Positions 16,777 through 28,800 of a stretch of 50,822 nt of DNA are shown here, one piece after another. The position numbers and the translations under genes are program-made. The stretch is from a virus. Taxonomy: Duplodnaviria > Caudoviricetes. The notes under the pieces are model-generated. The model was not told where the DNA came from, ran no database searches, and worked only from the letters and a program-made list of their open reading frames with translations. Position 1 is the stretch's first letter, and each line of letters opens with the position of its first letter. The stretch is from positions 1 to 50,822 of the IMG/VR virus record IMGVR_UViG_3300030450_002767; one strand, given 5' to 3'.

Positions 16777-16955
16777 GTATGATAAAGATAAATAAATCAG
16801 AAACAGATAAGAGCCGTTCTTATAGAATGACTCTGTTTTGGTTATTTCATCTTGAATTAGGATTCCATTTTTTAAATGGATACCATATAAATACTGGTAT
16901 AGGAGTAGGCCCAATGGAAGTTTCTATGGCTCTTCATACTTGGGATAAGTGGTAA
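16773..16955 (+). CDS. Hypothetical protein
   Basis: ATGA and TAATG coupling at the two ends; 60 aa. Confidence 0.7.
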   Translation: MSMIKINKSETDKSRSYRMTLFWLFHLELGFHFLNGYHINTGIGVGPMEVSMALHTWDKW

Positions 16956-17257
16956 TGAGTAGTCCTAGTAAAAGAAAAGGCAATGGCTTTGAAACTGAAT
17001 TAGTTAAATTAGCTCAAGATTATGGATTAGAAGCTCAAAGAGCTTGGGGTTCAAATGGTAGAGCTTTAGGTAAACATGAAGAAGTTGATTGCGTAGTAGA
17101 AGATTACACGATACAAGCAAAGCGTAGAAAGAAGATTGCATCGTTTCTTAAATGTGAACATACAGATATTGTTGCATTTAGAGAAGACCGAGGTAATACC
17201 TATGCTTTAATGGATATAAATGTTTTCTTAATGTTATTAAAGAAACTAAGAGGATAG
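16955..17257 (+). CDS. Hjc-like PD-(D/E)xK Holliday junction resolvase
   Basis: SKRKGNGFETEL..RAWGS..VD..IQAK motifs. Confidence 0.85.
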   Translation: MSSPSKRKGNGFETELVKLAQDYGLEAQRAWGSNGRALGKHEEVDCVVEDYTIQAKRRKKIASFLKCEHTDIVAFREDRGNTYALMDINVFLMLLKKLRG

Positions 17258-17258
17258 T

Positions 17259-17540
17259 ATGATAGCTATTAAAACTGAAACTAAGACAATTACGGTACAT
17301 AAAGTAGGCGTATATTTAAGCTTAGAAGAAATAGATAGATGTATTAATGCTTTAATTGAACGACCCCAAATTGAAGAAGCTGATAGAGAATTAGCTGAAG
17401 AATTACATAAGTTGCTCAAGAAAGCAAATAAAAATATTGCTGATATAAAAGATGGTATGAAGAGGAATGAGGAGGCTCCAACTGAAGATGAAGTTATAGA
17501 TGCAAATAGTAGCAATTGTAAAACAGGAAATTGCGACTAA
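17259..17540 (+). CDS. Hypothetical protein
   Basis: GAGG SD; 93 aa, ends CKTGNCD. Confidence 0.75.
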   Translation: MIAIKTETKTITVHKVGVYLSLEEIDRCINALIERPQIEEADRELAEELHKLLKKANKNIADIKDGMKRNEEAPTEDEVIDANSSNCKTGNCD

Positions 17541-17545
17541 ATAAT

Positions 17546-17677
17546 TTGAGGCTTATTTAAATTAATAAACTCTTTTTTGAATATTAACTTATGAAAGGTC
17601 TATTTGGTATAGGTTCTCAGCTAGTTGACAGAAAGAAAGTCTTGTTAATTGCTTGGTTGGCGCCAAATAAGTCTCAA
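17546..17677 (+). ncRNA. Putative structured intergenic RNA (~130 nt)
   Basis: 13-bp closing stem TTGAGGCTTATTT/AAATAAGTCTCAA. Confidence 0.5.
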
Positions 17678-17682
17678 TAATT

Positions 17683-17752
17683 AAAGTGAAGGCAGGGACA
17701 ATAGATTGATGCTTACCTCCCTGCATGGATTCGACCTTCCTGCCTGAACTTT
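17683..17752 (+). ncRNA. Hairpin RNA with an anti-SD-like loop
   Basis: AAAGT..AGGCAGGGA/TTCCTGCCT..ACTTT stem; apical ATGC-TTACCTCCCT-GCAT. Confidence 0.5.
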
Positions 17753-17769
17753 ACAAACTAAAATAGGAG

Positions 17770-17979
17770 ATGATTATGTATCATTATTTTCAATCTGTAA
17801 TGCAAAACACCGTGCCTTTTTTATTGGCATGGGAAGTATATGTATTTTGTATGCTTCTATTCTTTTTAAGCATAGTTATAAGGCTTAATAGAATGGAAAA
17901 TAAAATACAAGCTATATGTGACTATCACGAAATAGAGGACTACGAAGAAGTTCCTAGGAGGAAAGAAGTACTCTTATGA
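17770..17979 (+). CDS. Small membrane protein
   Basis: AGGAG SD; one long hydrophobic segment. Confidence 0.75.
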   Translation: MIMYHYFQSVMQNTVPFLLAWEVYVFCMLLFFLSIVIRLNRMENKIQAICDYHEIEDYEEVPRRKEVLL

Positions 17980-18122
17980 TAATATTGGATGTTCCAAATT
18001 GGATAGTATCATTTACTTGGTTCTCTTTTGGATGTTTAATGCTGGCGGTAGCTGGTGGAATTGGACTGATAATTAGCGGGCCTACTGTGGATTTTATTAA
18101 GAAGAAATTTAATAAAAAATAA
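17976..18122 (+). CDS. Small membrane protein (48 aa)
   Basis: ATGA overlap; MIILDVPNWIVSFTWFSFGCLMLAVAGGIGLIISGPTVDFIKKKFNKK. Confidence 0.65.
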   Translation: MIILDVPNWIVSFTWFSFGCLMLAVAGGIGLIISGPTVDFIKKKFNKK

Positions 18123-18126
18123 AACT

Positions 18127-18195
18127 AGAGGGCATTTATTAAGTTGGGATTGGTTTTACGTGTCTAAGTCTCGAAGAACTTTTTAGATGCCCTTT
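18127..18195 (+). promoter_or_regulatory. Long bulged hairpin (RNase III-site-like)
   Basis: AGAGGGCATTTA/TAGATGCCCTTT with inner AAGTT/AACTT and GGGATT/AGTCTC. Confidence 0.55.
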
Positions 18196-18214
18196 ACAGA
18201 GGTTAGGATAGAAT

Positions 18215-18517
18215 ATGGGCTCGTCAAAGGATGAGAATAAAGGAGAGACGGTTTATAAAAAAAGAGCTGTAGCTAGGATAAGAGATTTAATTTATTATTT
18301 AGGAGAAGGTTGGGTTGACATTGGAGAGATAGGAAATAATGCAAATACTGAAAAGTATAGAAATATAGGAACTAGTAATTATCAACCAAAAAAATGTCCT
18401 TTATGTAAAAAATATTGGCATCTTTATTTGGATTCTAATAAAATATCAAATGAATATTTAAGAGATTCTATATTTAAAAATATACCAGTAGACAAAGAAA
18501 AATGTTGGAACTGTTAG
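18215..18517 (+). CDS. Zinc-ribbon protein, last plus-strand gene
   Basis: CPLC..YW and a C-terminal CWNC; stop overlaps the convergent gene. Confidence 0.8.
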   Translation: MGSSKDENKGETVYKKRAVARIRDLIYYLGEGWVDIGEIGNNANTEKYRNIGTSNYQPKKCPLCKKYWHLYLDSNKISNEYLRDSIFKNIPVDKEKCWNC

Positions 18518-19830
18518 TAGTCTCTTCCTTTTTTCTGTCCTCTACTGCCACTAATTGCTGGTACTAATGGAGCTAACAAGCCTAGCTTAAAATTCTTTCT
18601 TAAAACTTCTTGTGCTTTATTAGGGAAATATGGTATTTGCTTTTCTAGCCAATTTATAAAACCAGCACCTAAGTTAGGATTATTAGGGTCTGTTACTCCT
18701 CTTAGTTTTCTAAGGTCTTTTGTTGCTTGCCCTGACCTCCTAACTACATCAAGCGCTTGTACTGATATATTTTCAGGATTCCCTATATTCAATAAACTTT
18801 CATATCCAAATGGAGGAGCTGTTTTTTCTCCAGCCATATATGGCATTCTATCTGCTGTTTTTATGTCCAATCTAATTGCTGACAATTCACTTGGTGTTAT
18901 TCTATCTAAATGTCCGTGATGATAATATTTAGATAACTTATCTTCTACTGACTTCATAACAGCGTAAGGATTTTCATTAAAAGCATCTCTAGACGCTTTA
19001 TTTTTAAAATGATTCATTATTTTAACCCTATCAACTGGTGTCATATTTTTATATTCAGTTGCAACATTAATTTTTGACTCTACAGCCCTTTTCATTTCTT
19101 CATAAATATAATTAGGGTCTGTTTTAGTACCTTTTAAAAATTTTAATTTTTCAATCATTGAACCTGGGCCTTTTCTACTAGAATGTGCTTTTGCACTTAT
19201 ATCAAAAAATCTAGAACCTTCAGGTGTTGCACCAAATGATAAATAAGACTGAGGGTTGTCTTTTTGATATTTTAATATGTCTTCATATACTTCTCCAGCA
19301 TTTTTAGCATTCATACTTGAGTGAGGATGCATTGTTTGAACTCCTGGTATAGAAAAATCCCTATCCCCCATTAATGCTTTTTGATATCCATATACTACAT
19401 TTTCTTTAAGCTTTTGATTCCCCACCCTTACTGTTTTTGGAGTGATAGTGCCCCAAGTAAAATCTTTAACTGGATTCATATTTAACATATCTAATTCCGA
19501 AAAACCAGTATTTTTTAGAATAGCTTGAGCATCTTTAGTTGGAATATGTTCAATTTTTTTTGATACAGGATTCCAAATTGCTTGAAGATTTTCGTTAAAT
19601 TGATTTTTAGCTAGTTCATATTGAGCTGAACTTTTTGGAATTTTTTTCCAACCTCGTTTTAATAAACTAATAAGACTTTTTCCAGTTATTAAAGGACTTG
19701 ACGCAATTCCCAAATCTGGTGGCATACCTATAATAAGCTCTTTTGGTTTATAAACACCTGTAGCTTTCTCTAGGGTTTCTCTATCTGTAACGCCCATATT
19801 GCTTAAAACTTCATCCCAAGTTACTGGCAT
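18514..19830 (-). CDS. Putative virion/ejected protein with AEP-like motifs
   Basis: Coupled (TAATG) to the giant RNAP gene; ALMGDRD, ATPEGSRFFDIS, DPNY and IRLDIK motifs; function inferred. Confidence 0.6.
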   Translation of the reverse strand: MPVTWDEVLSNMGVTDRETLEKATGVYKPKELIIGMPPDLGIASSPLITGKSLISLLKRGWKKIPKSSAQYELAKNQFNENLQAIWNPVSKKIEHIPTKDAQAILKNTGFSELDMLNMNPVKDFTWGTITPKTVRVGNQKLKENVVYGYQKALMGDRDFSIPGVQTMHPHSSMNAKNAGEVYEDILKYQKDNPQSYLSFGATPEGSRFFDISAKAHSSRKGPGSMIEKLKFLKGTKTDPNYIYEEMKRAVESKINVATEYKNMTPVDRVKIMNHFKNKASRDAFNENPYAVMKSVEDKLSKYYHHGHLDRITPSELSAIRLDIKTADRMPYMAGEKTAPPFGYESLLNIGNPENISVQALDVVRRSGQATKDLRKLRGVTDPNNPNLGAGFINWLEKQIPYFPNKAQEVLRKNFKLGLLAPLVPAISGSRGQKKGRDY

Positions 19831-22800
19831 TATTCTTCCTCGTCTTCTTTTCTAGCTTTTCTCATATTGGCTCCTAGTTTATGTACTGGTATTCCAAACA
19901 TAAATTCAGGAAACATCTCAGGGGATTGCATAGTTTTATATATACTCCTAGCAAATCTACCACCTGGATATAATGTATGGACATAATAACTAGTATATTT
20001 ATCCCAATCTCCGTTTATTAAAGCAGTGATTACTGGAAGATAGTATCTATGTATTGGAGCTGTAACTGTTTGCAGTGGGGCCATTGCTGGGTGTGGATAA
20101 CTGCTAAAGAATGCTCTTTCTCTTTCTTCTGGGTCTCCAAATAATAATTCAGCAGATGATTGTGCCCAAGATAATGGGGGAGGTAGAGTGCTGTCAAATA
20201 TCGAACCGATGAAGATATTTGCTAAAGAAGCCACCATTAAATCTTGAGTTACAAATCTTCTTAATCTATCAACTGATTGTTTATCAGTCATTCCATAGCG
20301 TTTAGCCATTTTATAGATATTTCTTCTAAATTTTACTGAGTTCCATGCGAATGGTTGGAACCTAGTTAAAACTTTTCCCATTGCTGACCTAGAAAAAGAA
20401 GGTCTATTTACATTGTGATATAAAAACTGTGTTGCTTCAACTCCTTTCAGAGCTTGTCTTATTAAATAAGGATTATCAAATTTTAAATTTGGGATAAGTT
20501 GACCATATATTTCTCTAGCTTGTAAATAATGAGCTAAAAAAGCATCTGCTCTTAATCTAGCTTCTGATACTCTCATGAACCATCCACCAGATGCTACCAT
20601 AGAATCCCATACTCTATGTTTTTGTGCTATTTCTTTCCACTTTACTTGAGTCATTTCTTTTGTGAATAATTTTCCCCAAGGTATTTCATTTAGAAAAGGT
20701 CTCATTCTGGTTATAGAAAGCCCTTTATCCATAGATGCTTCTGTGACATAAAAAGATTCTAATGCACCAACCTCACTGATAAACCTCCGTATGGTATTCT
20801 TATCTGATATTGGAGTGCCATCTGCTAGTTTAGCGTCTTTAAAAACATGTGTTAGTAACCATTTTGTATCGTTTGCTTTTATAAAATTTCTAAATCCAGC
20901 ATTTGATATTGTATTCTGAGAACCTCCAAATATATTACCAAGAGCTGTTTTGGGATGAGCTAGTAATGATAATAAAGACATTTTAGCCTCAAAATTACCT
21001 ACATTTGTTAAAAAATCATGAAGAGCTTTCTCTCTTGCCTTCTGAGTAGGTGGTAATTTACCAATTATTGGTAATGCGGGCTGTTTAATTGTCCCAAATC
21101 CTTTAAGTTTTCCTGTTAGGCGACCTAAACCCTGTGATTTAATGTCAAGCCAGTCAATAATAGCTTGGTCTGATATAGTATATCTTATGCCTTTCACACC
21201 AGTTTGCTTTTTAAATTGCTCATCTGCTCTTAATCTATGTTGATAATTGACTATAATCTCTTGAACCTTAGAGTCTTTATTATCCTTATTCTCATCTATG
21301 TATGCTTTAATTCTTTTTACTTGATATTTACTTAATCCAAGTCTATGTATTGGCAATAATGCACCATGCCCTAGTTGGTCTTGAGTAAATCCACGCATTT
21401 CATCAGACCACCTTGAATATATTTCTTCTGGCATAGGATTATCTTTTTCATAATTCCTTATTGTTTTTCTAGCCATTAAAGAAAGGGTATTTTTAAAAAA
21501 GGAACTAGTCCATTGCTCTGCATATTTTTGTAAAACTTCTGGATTATAGCTAAAATGTGGCATAGGGACATCTCCTCTAGATGCTCCAGTACCTGGTCTC
21601 ATACCAAATGATTCCTTATCAGCCCAATCTTTTTTAGAATCTCTATACATTGAATTAACAAATTCTATTCCCCAAGTGCCTGTGTTGTCTCCTTCTACTG
21701 CCTTGCCAATTATCCCCTCTAAGTCTGCTAATTGTTTGGCTAGATACTTAGATATAAATTGCTTCTTACTTATTGACCTATCTTTTATTAAACCTAGATA
21801 TAATCTATTGTCATATTCTGATGGTTTATATTTTTTACTAATCTCCTTTGAACTTTCTGTTAGTTTGCCACTAGATGTTAAAGTATTTAAATGGTTTTCT
21901 AGCTGAAATCTTAACTTATTTTGTTGTTCGTTCATCCAGCTCATTAATTTATCTTTATTATGGAGCATTTGTGGAAAATATCCATCTTTAATTTGTCCGA
22001 TACCAACAAAAGTTGTTTCATTAAAAACTTCTTCTTTAGATAACCTATCAGTTCTTGTTGGATTTCTGTGTTTTGCTCTAATGTTCTGAGCTTGTATGCT
22101 GTTTGGTTTATGTTTATTTGCTTCTATTATTTCCTCTAATGCAATTTCGTATTGGACTCTATTTAATAATTCTACACTTAACGGACTGTTTCTATTGCCT
22201 ATCATTCTTTCAAACTGCCAATGTCCTTCAGATGCTAGCTTAATAACCTTATTATAAAAATTATCTATGTCAAACCTTCCCCACTTATCATACTTAATTA
22301 AGCTATGTATTACTAAGCCACTACCTTCATAAGCTCTTCTTTCATCAACTTCCTTCCAATCAATCTTTTCCCATTCTTTATTTTTATTAAGTAATCCAGA
22401 ACCTATCCAAGATTCATACATTTCTTCTTTGAAAAAAGTATTTAATTGCTCTGTTACTTCTGTTATTAATTCTTCTCCAGATTTCTCTATTGTTTTACCA
22501 TCCCTAGTTATTCTAAAAATTCTTTCGCTGTAGTCTAATATATCTTTTTTACTAACGCTTAATTCTTCTTGATAAAATTGAAGTCTATCTCCCTCAAGGG
22601 TTCTATTTACGTTCATTTTCTTAACGGCTATCTCCATTATTTTTTGAAAATGCTCAATCCCATTAGGAAGTGCTTCAATTTCTTGCTTTATACCGATAGA
22701 TTTAAAAAGGTTTTCCTGTAACTGGTTTTTTACAGAATCTTCAAATCTTCTTATTGAATTAGAACTACGCTGTAAATAAGACATTGCAGATAATGGAACT

Positions 22801-25800
22801 TTAATAGTTGCCTCTCCTGCTCCTCCATCCAAATTCCTAGCTAATACCTTTATTGAATATAGCTCTCCTAGGTCATGAGTAGACATTCTTTGACCGACTA
22901 CATCTGGAAATAACAATTCATAAATATTTTTAAATTTAAAGACCCATTCCTTTTTAGAATTTGATTTAGGGTTTGCACCAGCCTCTATATATTCTTTTAA
23001 AAACCTATCAAAATTTCTTATATCATCAAATGTTGCATTTCTTATGCTGGTAGATGATATTTTACCTTGCTGTGATTTCATTAGCACATATATATCATTT
23101 ATTTGACTTGTTAACTCAAAAGGTAATGTTCTCAAAGTTCTTTTTATACTAGGTATTACTTTATTTGTTATATCACTTGGTACCTTAGATTTGTCAATAT
23201 TCTTTGGTTTTTTAACATCAAATAATCTATCAATTTTAAATTCTTTTTGTTCAACAAATTCTGGCGTACTTCTTGGTTCTGTTTTTTCTACTGTTTCATT
23301 ATTTCTATAAAAAAATTCAGCTTTATATGACTTTAAATCTTGAGGTCTATGTGTATTTAAAATATCAAATGTTTTACCATAGCCTGTTAGAAATTCCTTT
23401 TTAAAACTATCTGGTATTGCTGTTAATTCCCAAGCGAATTTTGGTATTCCAGTATGTTCGTAATTATCATTTATATTATCTATTACTTTCTGTATTTCAT
23501 CCTTTTTGGATTCTGACTTAGTTTCATTTTTTAATCTTTCTAAATTCCTAAGTTTACTTCTTTTTGTAAAAGTCTGAGGTGTTAAGCTTCCTAGTAATTG
23601 TGAATAATAATAATCTAATGCGATTCTAGGGTCTATGCCCATACTTTCTGCTGTTTTAATGATATGGTCAGCGTATTCGAGTACTTTTTTATTAGCTGAT
23701 TCTTTAGTTTCATATACAGCAACTTCCTTGTCTCTAAAGCCTTTTCTGAAAAGTCCTTTAACATGGTTTGCATAAGTGGCTATGTTATCTCTAAAAACAG
23801 TCCAATCATTCTGTTCTTTACTCATAGGTGTTTTATATTTAGTAAAGACATCCATTTGCCCTTCAGGCATGCCCTGAATAACATTAATTGCTTCTTGTAC
23901 TTTCTTCTTCCATCTAGTAGATGTAACCTGCTCAGAAGCTGATAGTTTACCTCCAGAGATTATTTTAAATGCTAGATTGTTTATTTCTTGATAAGGGACA
24001 TTCCCTGCACCTTCAGTAGTTAACCCCTCATCTTTAATAGCATTTTTTAACCTTTTTCCATTCTGTAAAGCAGAGATAACACTATAAATATCCCAAGTAT
24101 CATTTAATCTATAGTCTCTCTCTTTCGAAGCATGGTGTTTGCTAATAGGCATATAATGAAAGCCTTCTGCATTAGCTCTATCATTTGTATACATTTTATC
24201 AAAAGTGGATTGTTGGCTCTTTGTTAGTTCTCCTTTTAAACCTTCAAATATAAAATCAGCATATGGAGCCTTGCCTTTACCACCACTACCAATCTCTTCT
24301 AGTGGAGCCCCTTTTTGGGTTCTATAATCTGGGTGCTTTTTAGACATTATATCATAAACTCTATCGTATGCAATACGCCAGTATTGTGGTTTAATAGTAA
24401 GGTTCTTTCTTACTGCAAAATCTAATACATCCTTATCTCGCCATATATTAGTGCCAATGAGTCTAATAGCTCTATCTAAGTGACCAAAATTAAAAGAACT
24501 TAATGGGTTTATATTTAAATTGTTTTTAGACATATGGTTAGCTATAGTTAAAATAGAATTCATATAACTACCATCAATCTTAGTATTTTTTAATGTTTCT
24601 TGAATTTCTTCAGCGCTATATTTTCTATTTTTATCATAATTCCATCCAAATAATTTCTGATTTAAATCATGTATTTGATTATAAGTTTCAGAATTTTTTA
24701 ACATCCAAAATTTAGGACTATCAATAGGACTAAGTTTGTTTTTTGGTGTAAACTTTAAGTTTTTAAAAGCACTTTTCCATAGAATCTCTACCATTTCATT
24801 TGCATCTGCCATTCTATAATAATTGGCACTATCTGCTGTTCTTGATGAGGCTTCAACCCCTATTACATAATAACCAGTTGGCCCCCTTAGTATAGCCTCA
24901 CTAGTTTTTCCAGTTAATCTACCTAAATAAGCGCCTTTCTTAGAATAGACTTTCAAGTCTAAGATTCCTTTTTTGTTTTTAATAATATCAGATAAAACAG
25001 TATTCATAAATGATTTGGTATTTACAACTCTACCCATACCTTCTTTTCCAGCAAAAGATGATTGACCAGCTTTACGCAAAGCTCCAGGTGACCACTGCCC
25101 TAAAGGGTTATTCTCAACATAATCTACTTCACTAACGCCATATTTGTTTTTCTTAGTGCCTAGTTCACTATTAAATAACTTATTTAATTTCTCATCTTTA
25201 TTTTCAAATATATATTTTTTTGTTTCTTTACCAACTTTTTTAACTCTCTCTAACATATCGTCATTTTTAACTAAATCACGCATATATTCTTTTGGTAGTC
25301 CTTGGTAGAAAAATACTTTATCCCCATCAACATCAGCACCATCAATATAGAAATGGTCTCTGGCTCTCATATAAACACCATAATCTGATAGCTGAACATC
25401 ATTATCAACAAATCCATCAAATAGTAATGCTCTAGTGCCAGATACTGCGTTAGCAGGAACTCTCATTACAGCCAATAATAACTGTTGTCTCATTCTCGAG
25501 ATTGCTACCTCACCAGATTTGTTTTTAATAGCGTCATTATATTCATTAAAAGCATCCTCAAGTCTCTCTACTCTTCCATCTACCCATTTGATTTTCATAT
25601 CCTTATGGGATTCTCCAAGTTTCACATGACCTACTTTTTGCTTGGTCATACCCTTACCATTCCAAAACTGATAAGTAGCGTTTTCTTTTAATCCACCAGT
25701 CATTGCTTCCATTACTGGGTCTACACCTGCAACCCATCCACTAGCACTATTTTCCCACTTTGGTTGATTAAATCTATTTATCCTATACTGATGTACGGCC

Positions 25801-28800
25801 CTTTGGTACAAATTCATGTTTAAGACAGTAGCAATAGGGTTATAACCAGTTAAATGGTATGTTTGCTCAAAAGAATTAGCATATTGTTTTAACTCCATTA
25901 ATGACCCATGCATTTCTGGCATTTCTTCTTCGATTTCTAATGCTCTAATTTTTTTAAATATCTCAAGATTCATTTCTTTAAATAGAGGATGATTTACATT
26001 ATTTACTATTTCAACTAAGTGCTTATCGCTCACTTTTGAAATATCAAAATTCTTAGGAGGTAATACTGAAGAGTCTTTTTCAAGAGATTTCATATATGTG
26101 TTAGTCTCTGGACTTCCACGCAAAGGAATTTCTAAAACACTATCCATAAATTTATCAAACCCAACTTTTGACATTGTGAGGTCATCAAAAAATGAATGCA
26201 TTTGCTTTTTAATTGTTGTTGCTCTAGCTGAATGACTATCGCCATAAACTCCGAAATTTATTCTAAAATCCTTAATTGGCATTCTAAGTGAAGGCTCTAC
26301 ATCAATTTTTTTCCCCTTACTGTCTATAGCTTCAAATATTGTCTTACCTCTAGATTGAGCTTTATATATTTTACCAGAATCTTTTACGCTTTGTGGTATA
26401 TGTTTTGCAGAGCTAGTAACAACAATCATGGCATTAGGATTCTTTAAAAATTTATCATATGCTTTTCTGCCTGGATGTACTCCTCCTTTTATTAAAAATA
26501 GTTCTCCATTTATTTCTACAGCAACAGATGGTTTAATATGAGATGTTCTATCTTCAAGATGATTTGACTTCAAGAATTGCTTATGCATATCAGAATGCAT
26601 AACAATCCACCCATCTATCTTACTTTCCCATGCTCTTTCTTCTAGCATTCCTTTTTCATTTAAAACATAATAAGTTTCTGGTTTTTTCTTATCAAATAAT
26701 CTTTTTGCTTTATTCTTTAAACCTCCAAGTAATCCACTTGAATCATCTATTATAAATATATCAATCTCATCAGTGCCTTTTGTCATTTTTGTAAAATCTT
26801 TAGGATTTACTTGAAAAAATGATTTTGCTGAAAATAAAGCTTCTCGTTTTACCCTATCTACAGCTCCTTTAAAATTATAAGATTTTTCATATAGATAATT
26901 AGATGTAAATGAATCGGAATATACTCTATCTAAAAATGTCCTGTCTTCCCCCTTAACCTTATCACGGGTCATTCCCATCGTATTATACCATACTTCTCTA
27001 TCTGTTTTATAATAAGATTCTAACAACTTTGGTTCTATTTTTGCTTTTTTTGAAACCTCTCCAAATATAGTATAAGCTCTAGTTTTTCTAGTATCTTTAT
27101 GAAATCTATAAATTCTCTCAACACCATTGTCTTTTTTAGGTATTTTTAAATAAAATTCCCCACGCCCATCAAATTTATCTTTTGAACTCCATAAGTGCCT
27201 TTGTATTTTTATCCAATCAGATGGTTTAATTTCATATTCCCATCGATTAGTAGTCGTGTTTAATGACTTAGCATACGGACTGAATGTTCTATACTCACCC
27301 CATTTAGTCTTTACAACCTCTCCAAATTCAAACACTCTAACCTTATCAGACCATAATCCCTTTTCCATGTTAATAACTTCATCTGCTGGCTTTGGACTAA
27401 GAACTCCCAATACTTTATTTACAACATTTTTATGCCATACTTGAGTAACTTCAGATTTATCAACATTAATTGAATATATAGGTCTAATTTCTTCTTGCTG
27501 TATTCTTGTAAATAATTGACCTAATCCACGCTCCATATCCTTATCTATGATTAACCCTTTATGCTTGAAAGTTAATGCCTTTAAGTAAGCCTTTACAGCC
27601 GATGTAACATCGTTACTATTCTTTATATCCTTCTTATTAAATAGTTTTATAGCATCATTAAATACCTTTTCAGGTTTAATATTAGGTAGTTCGACTAATT
27701 TATCTTGTAGCTTATCTAAGAATCTTTTCAGCATTGGAGCTGAACTAAGTTCTGGTTGCCCTTTTTGTAATTGAATTTGTGTTTTTAAAATATCATCATA
27801 AGTTGTTTGGACTTTATCGTGAGGTTTACTAGCAAAATAATCAAGTATCGCCCTATCTAATGACTCAGGATTCCCATTTTTTACAGCAAGTAAATCCTTA
27901 TCTGATAAATTTTTAGTTATTTCAAGTACGGCTTTTGATGGCTTATCAGTTAAGATTGCTTGATAAACTGTATTAACAATCTCATTTCTTTTCTCCATAG
28001 CCATTACTTTAGGAGGAACAGTATCGGCAACTTCTGCTTCTGCTTGTCTTTTTTCGTACTTATCTAAATCTTCTACTTTTTTATTCAGCTTTTCAGCCAT
28101 TCTTTTTTCAGCTCTTGGCAGTTCTGCCTTCATAGCTTCATATAATGTAGCACTAGGTATACTTAAAGTATTATCATACATTTCTCCTAAATGATGAAAA
28201 TGTGCTTCTTTTACAATCTTTTGAGCGCCAGGGTCTAATGCTTCAAATTCTGGATTACCTTTTTCAGCCATTTTCCTGACATCTTCAAATGTGTATTTAT
28301 TAGTACCATCTGAATTCTTCTCAGAATTAAACTTATTAAAATAGTCATTAGCTTGTTTAGCAACAGCTCCTTGTGCTTGATAACCAAAGAATCCACCTAA
28401 TAAATATTCATAAACTTGAGTAGCAGTAGGAGCGCCCTGCATTGTAGCCATTCCACCTTGAAATCCAGCACCAGCCACCATACTCAAAAGTCGCTCTTTA
28501 TTACCAGTTGCGAATTCCTTACTATAATTCCAAAGCCCTTTCATTCCAGCGCCTCGAATTTTAGCATTAGGATGCTTTATCATCTTTCCCATCGTTACAA
28601 AATTTCCTAATCCCCCAAAAGCACCACCAGCAACTGCTCCAAATAATAGATTATTCATTTCGTCATTCTCACCGTTAAATAATCCACTTATTCCACTTGC
28701 TACACTTAAATGACCAGCCTGAAAAGCAATATCTACAGCTTTTGTTACTCCTGTTATAGGGCCTTTTCTCCCGATATGCTTTGCTACTGCAAAACCGTGT

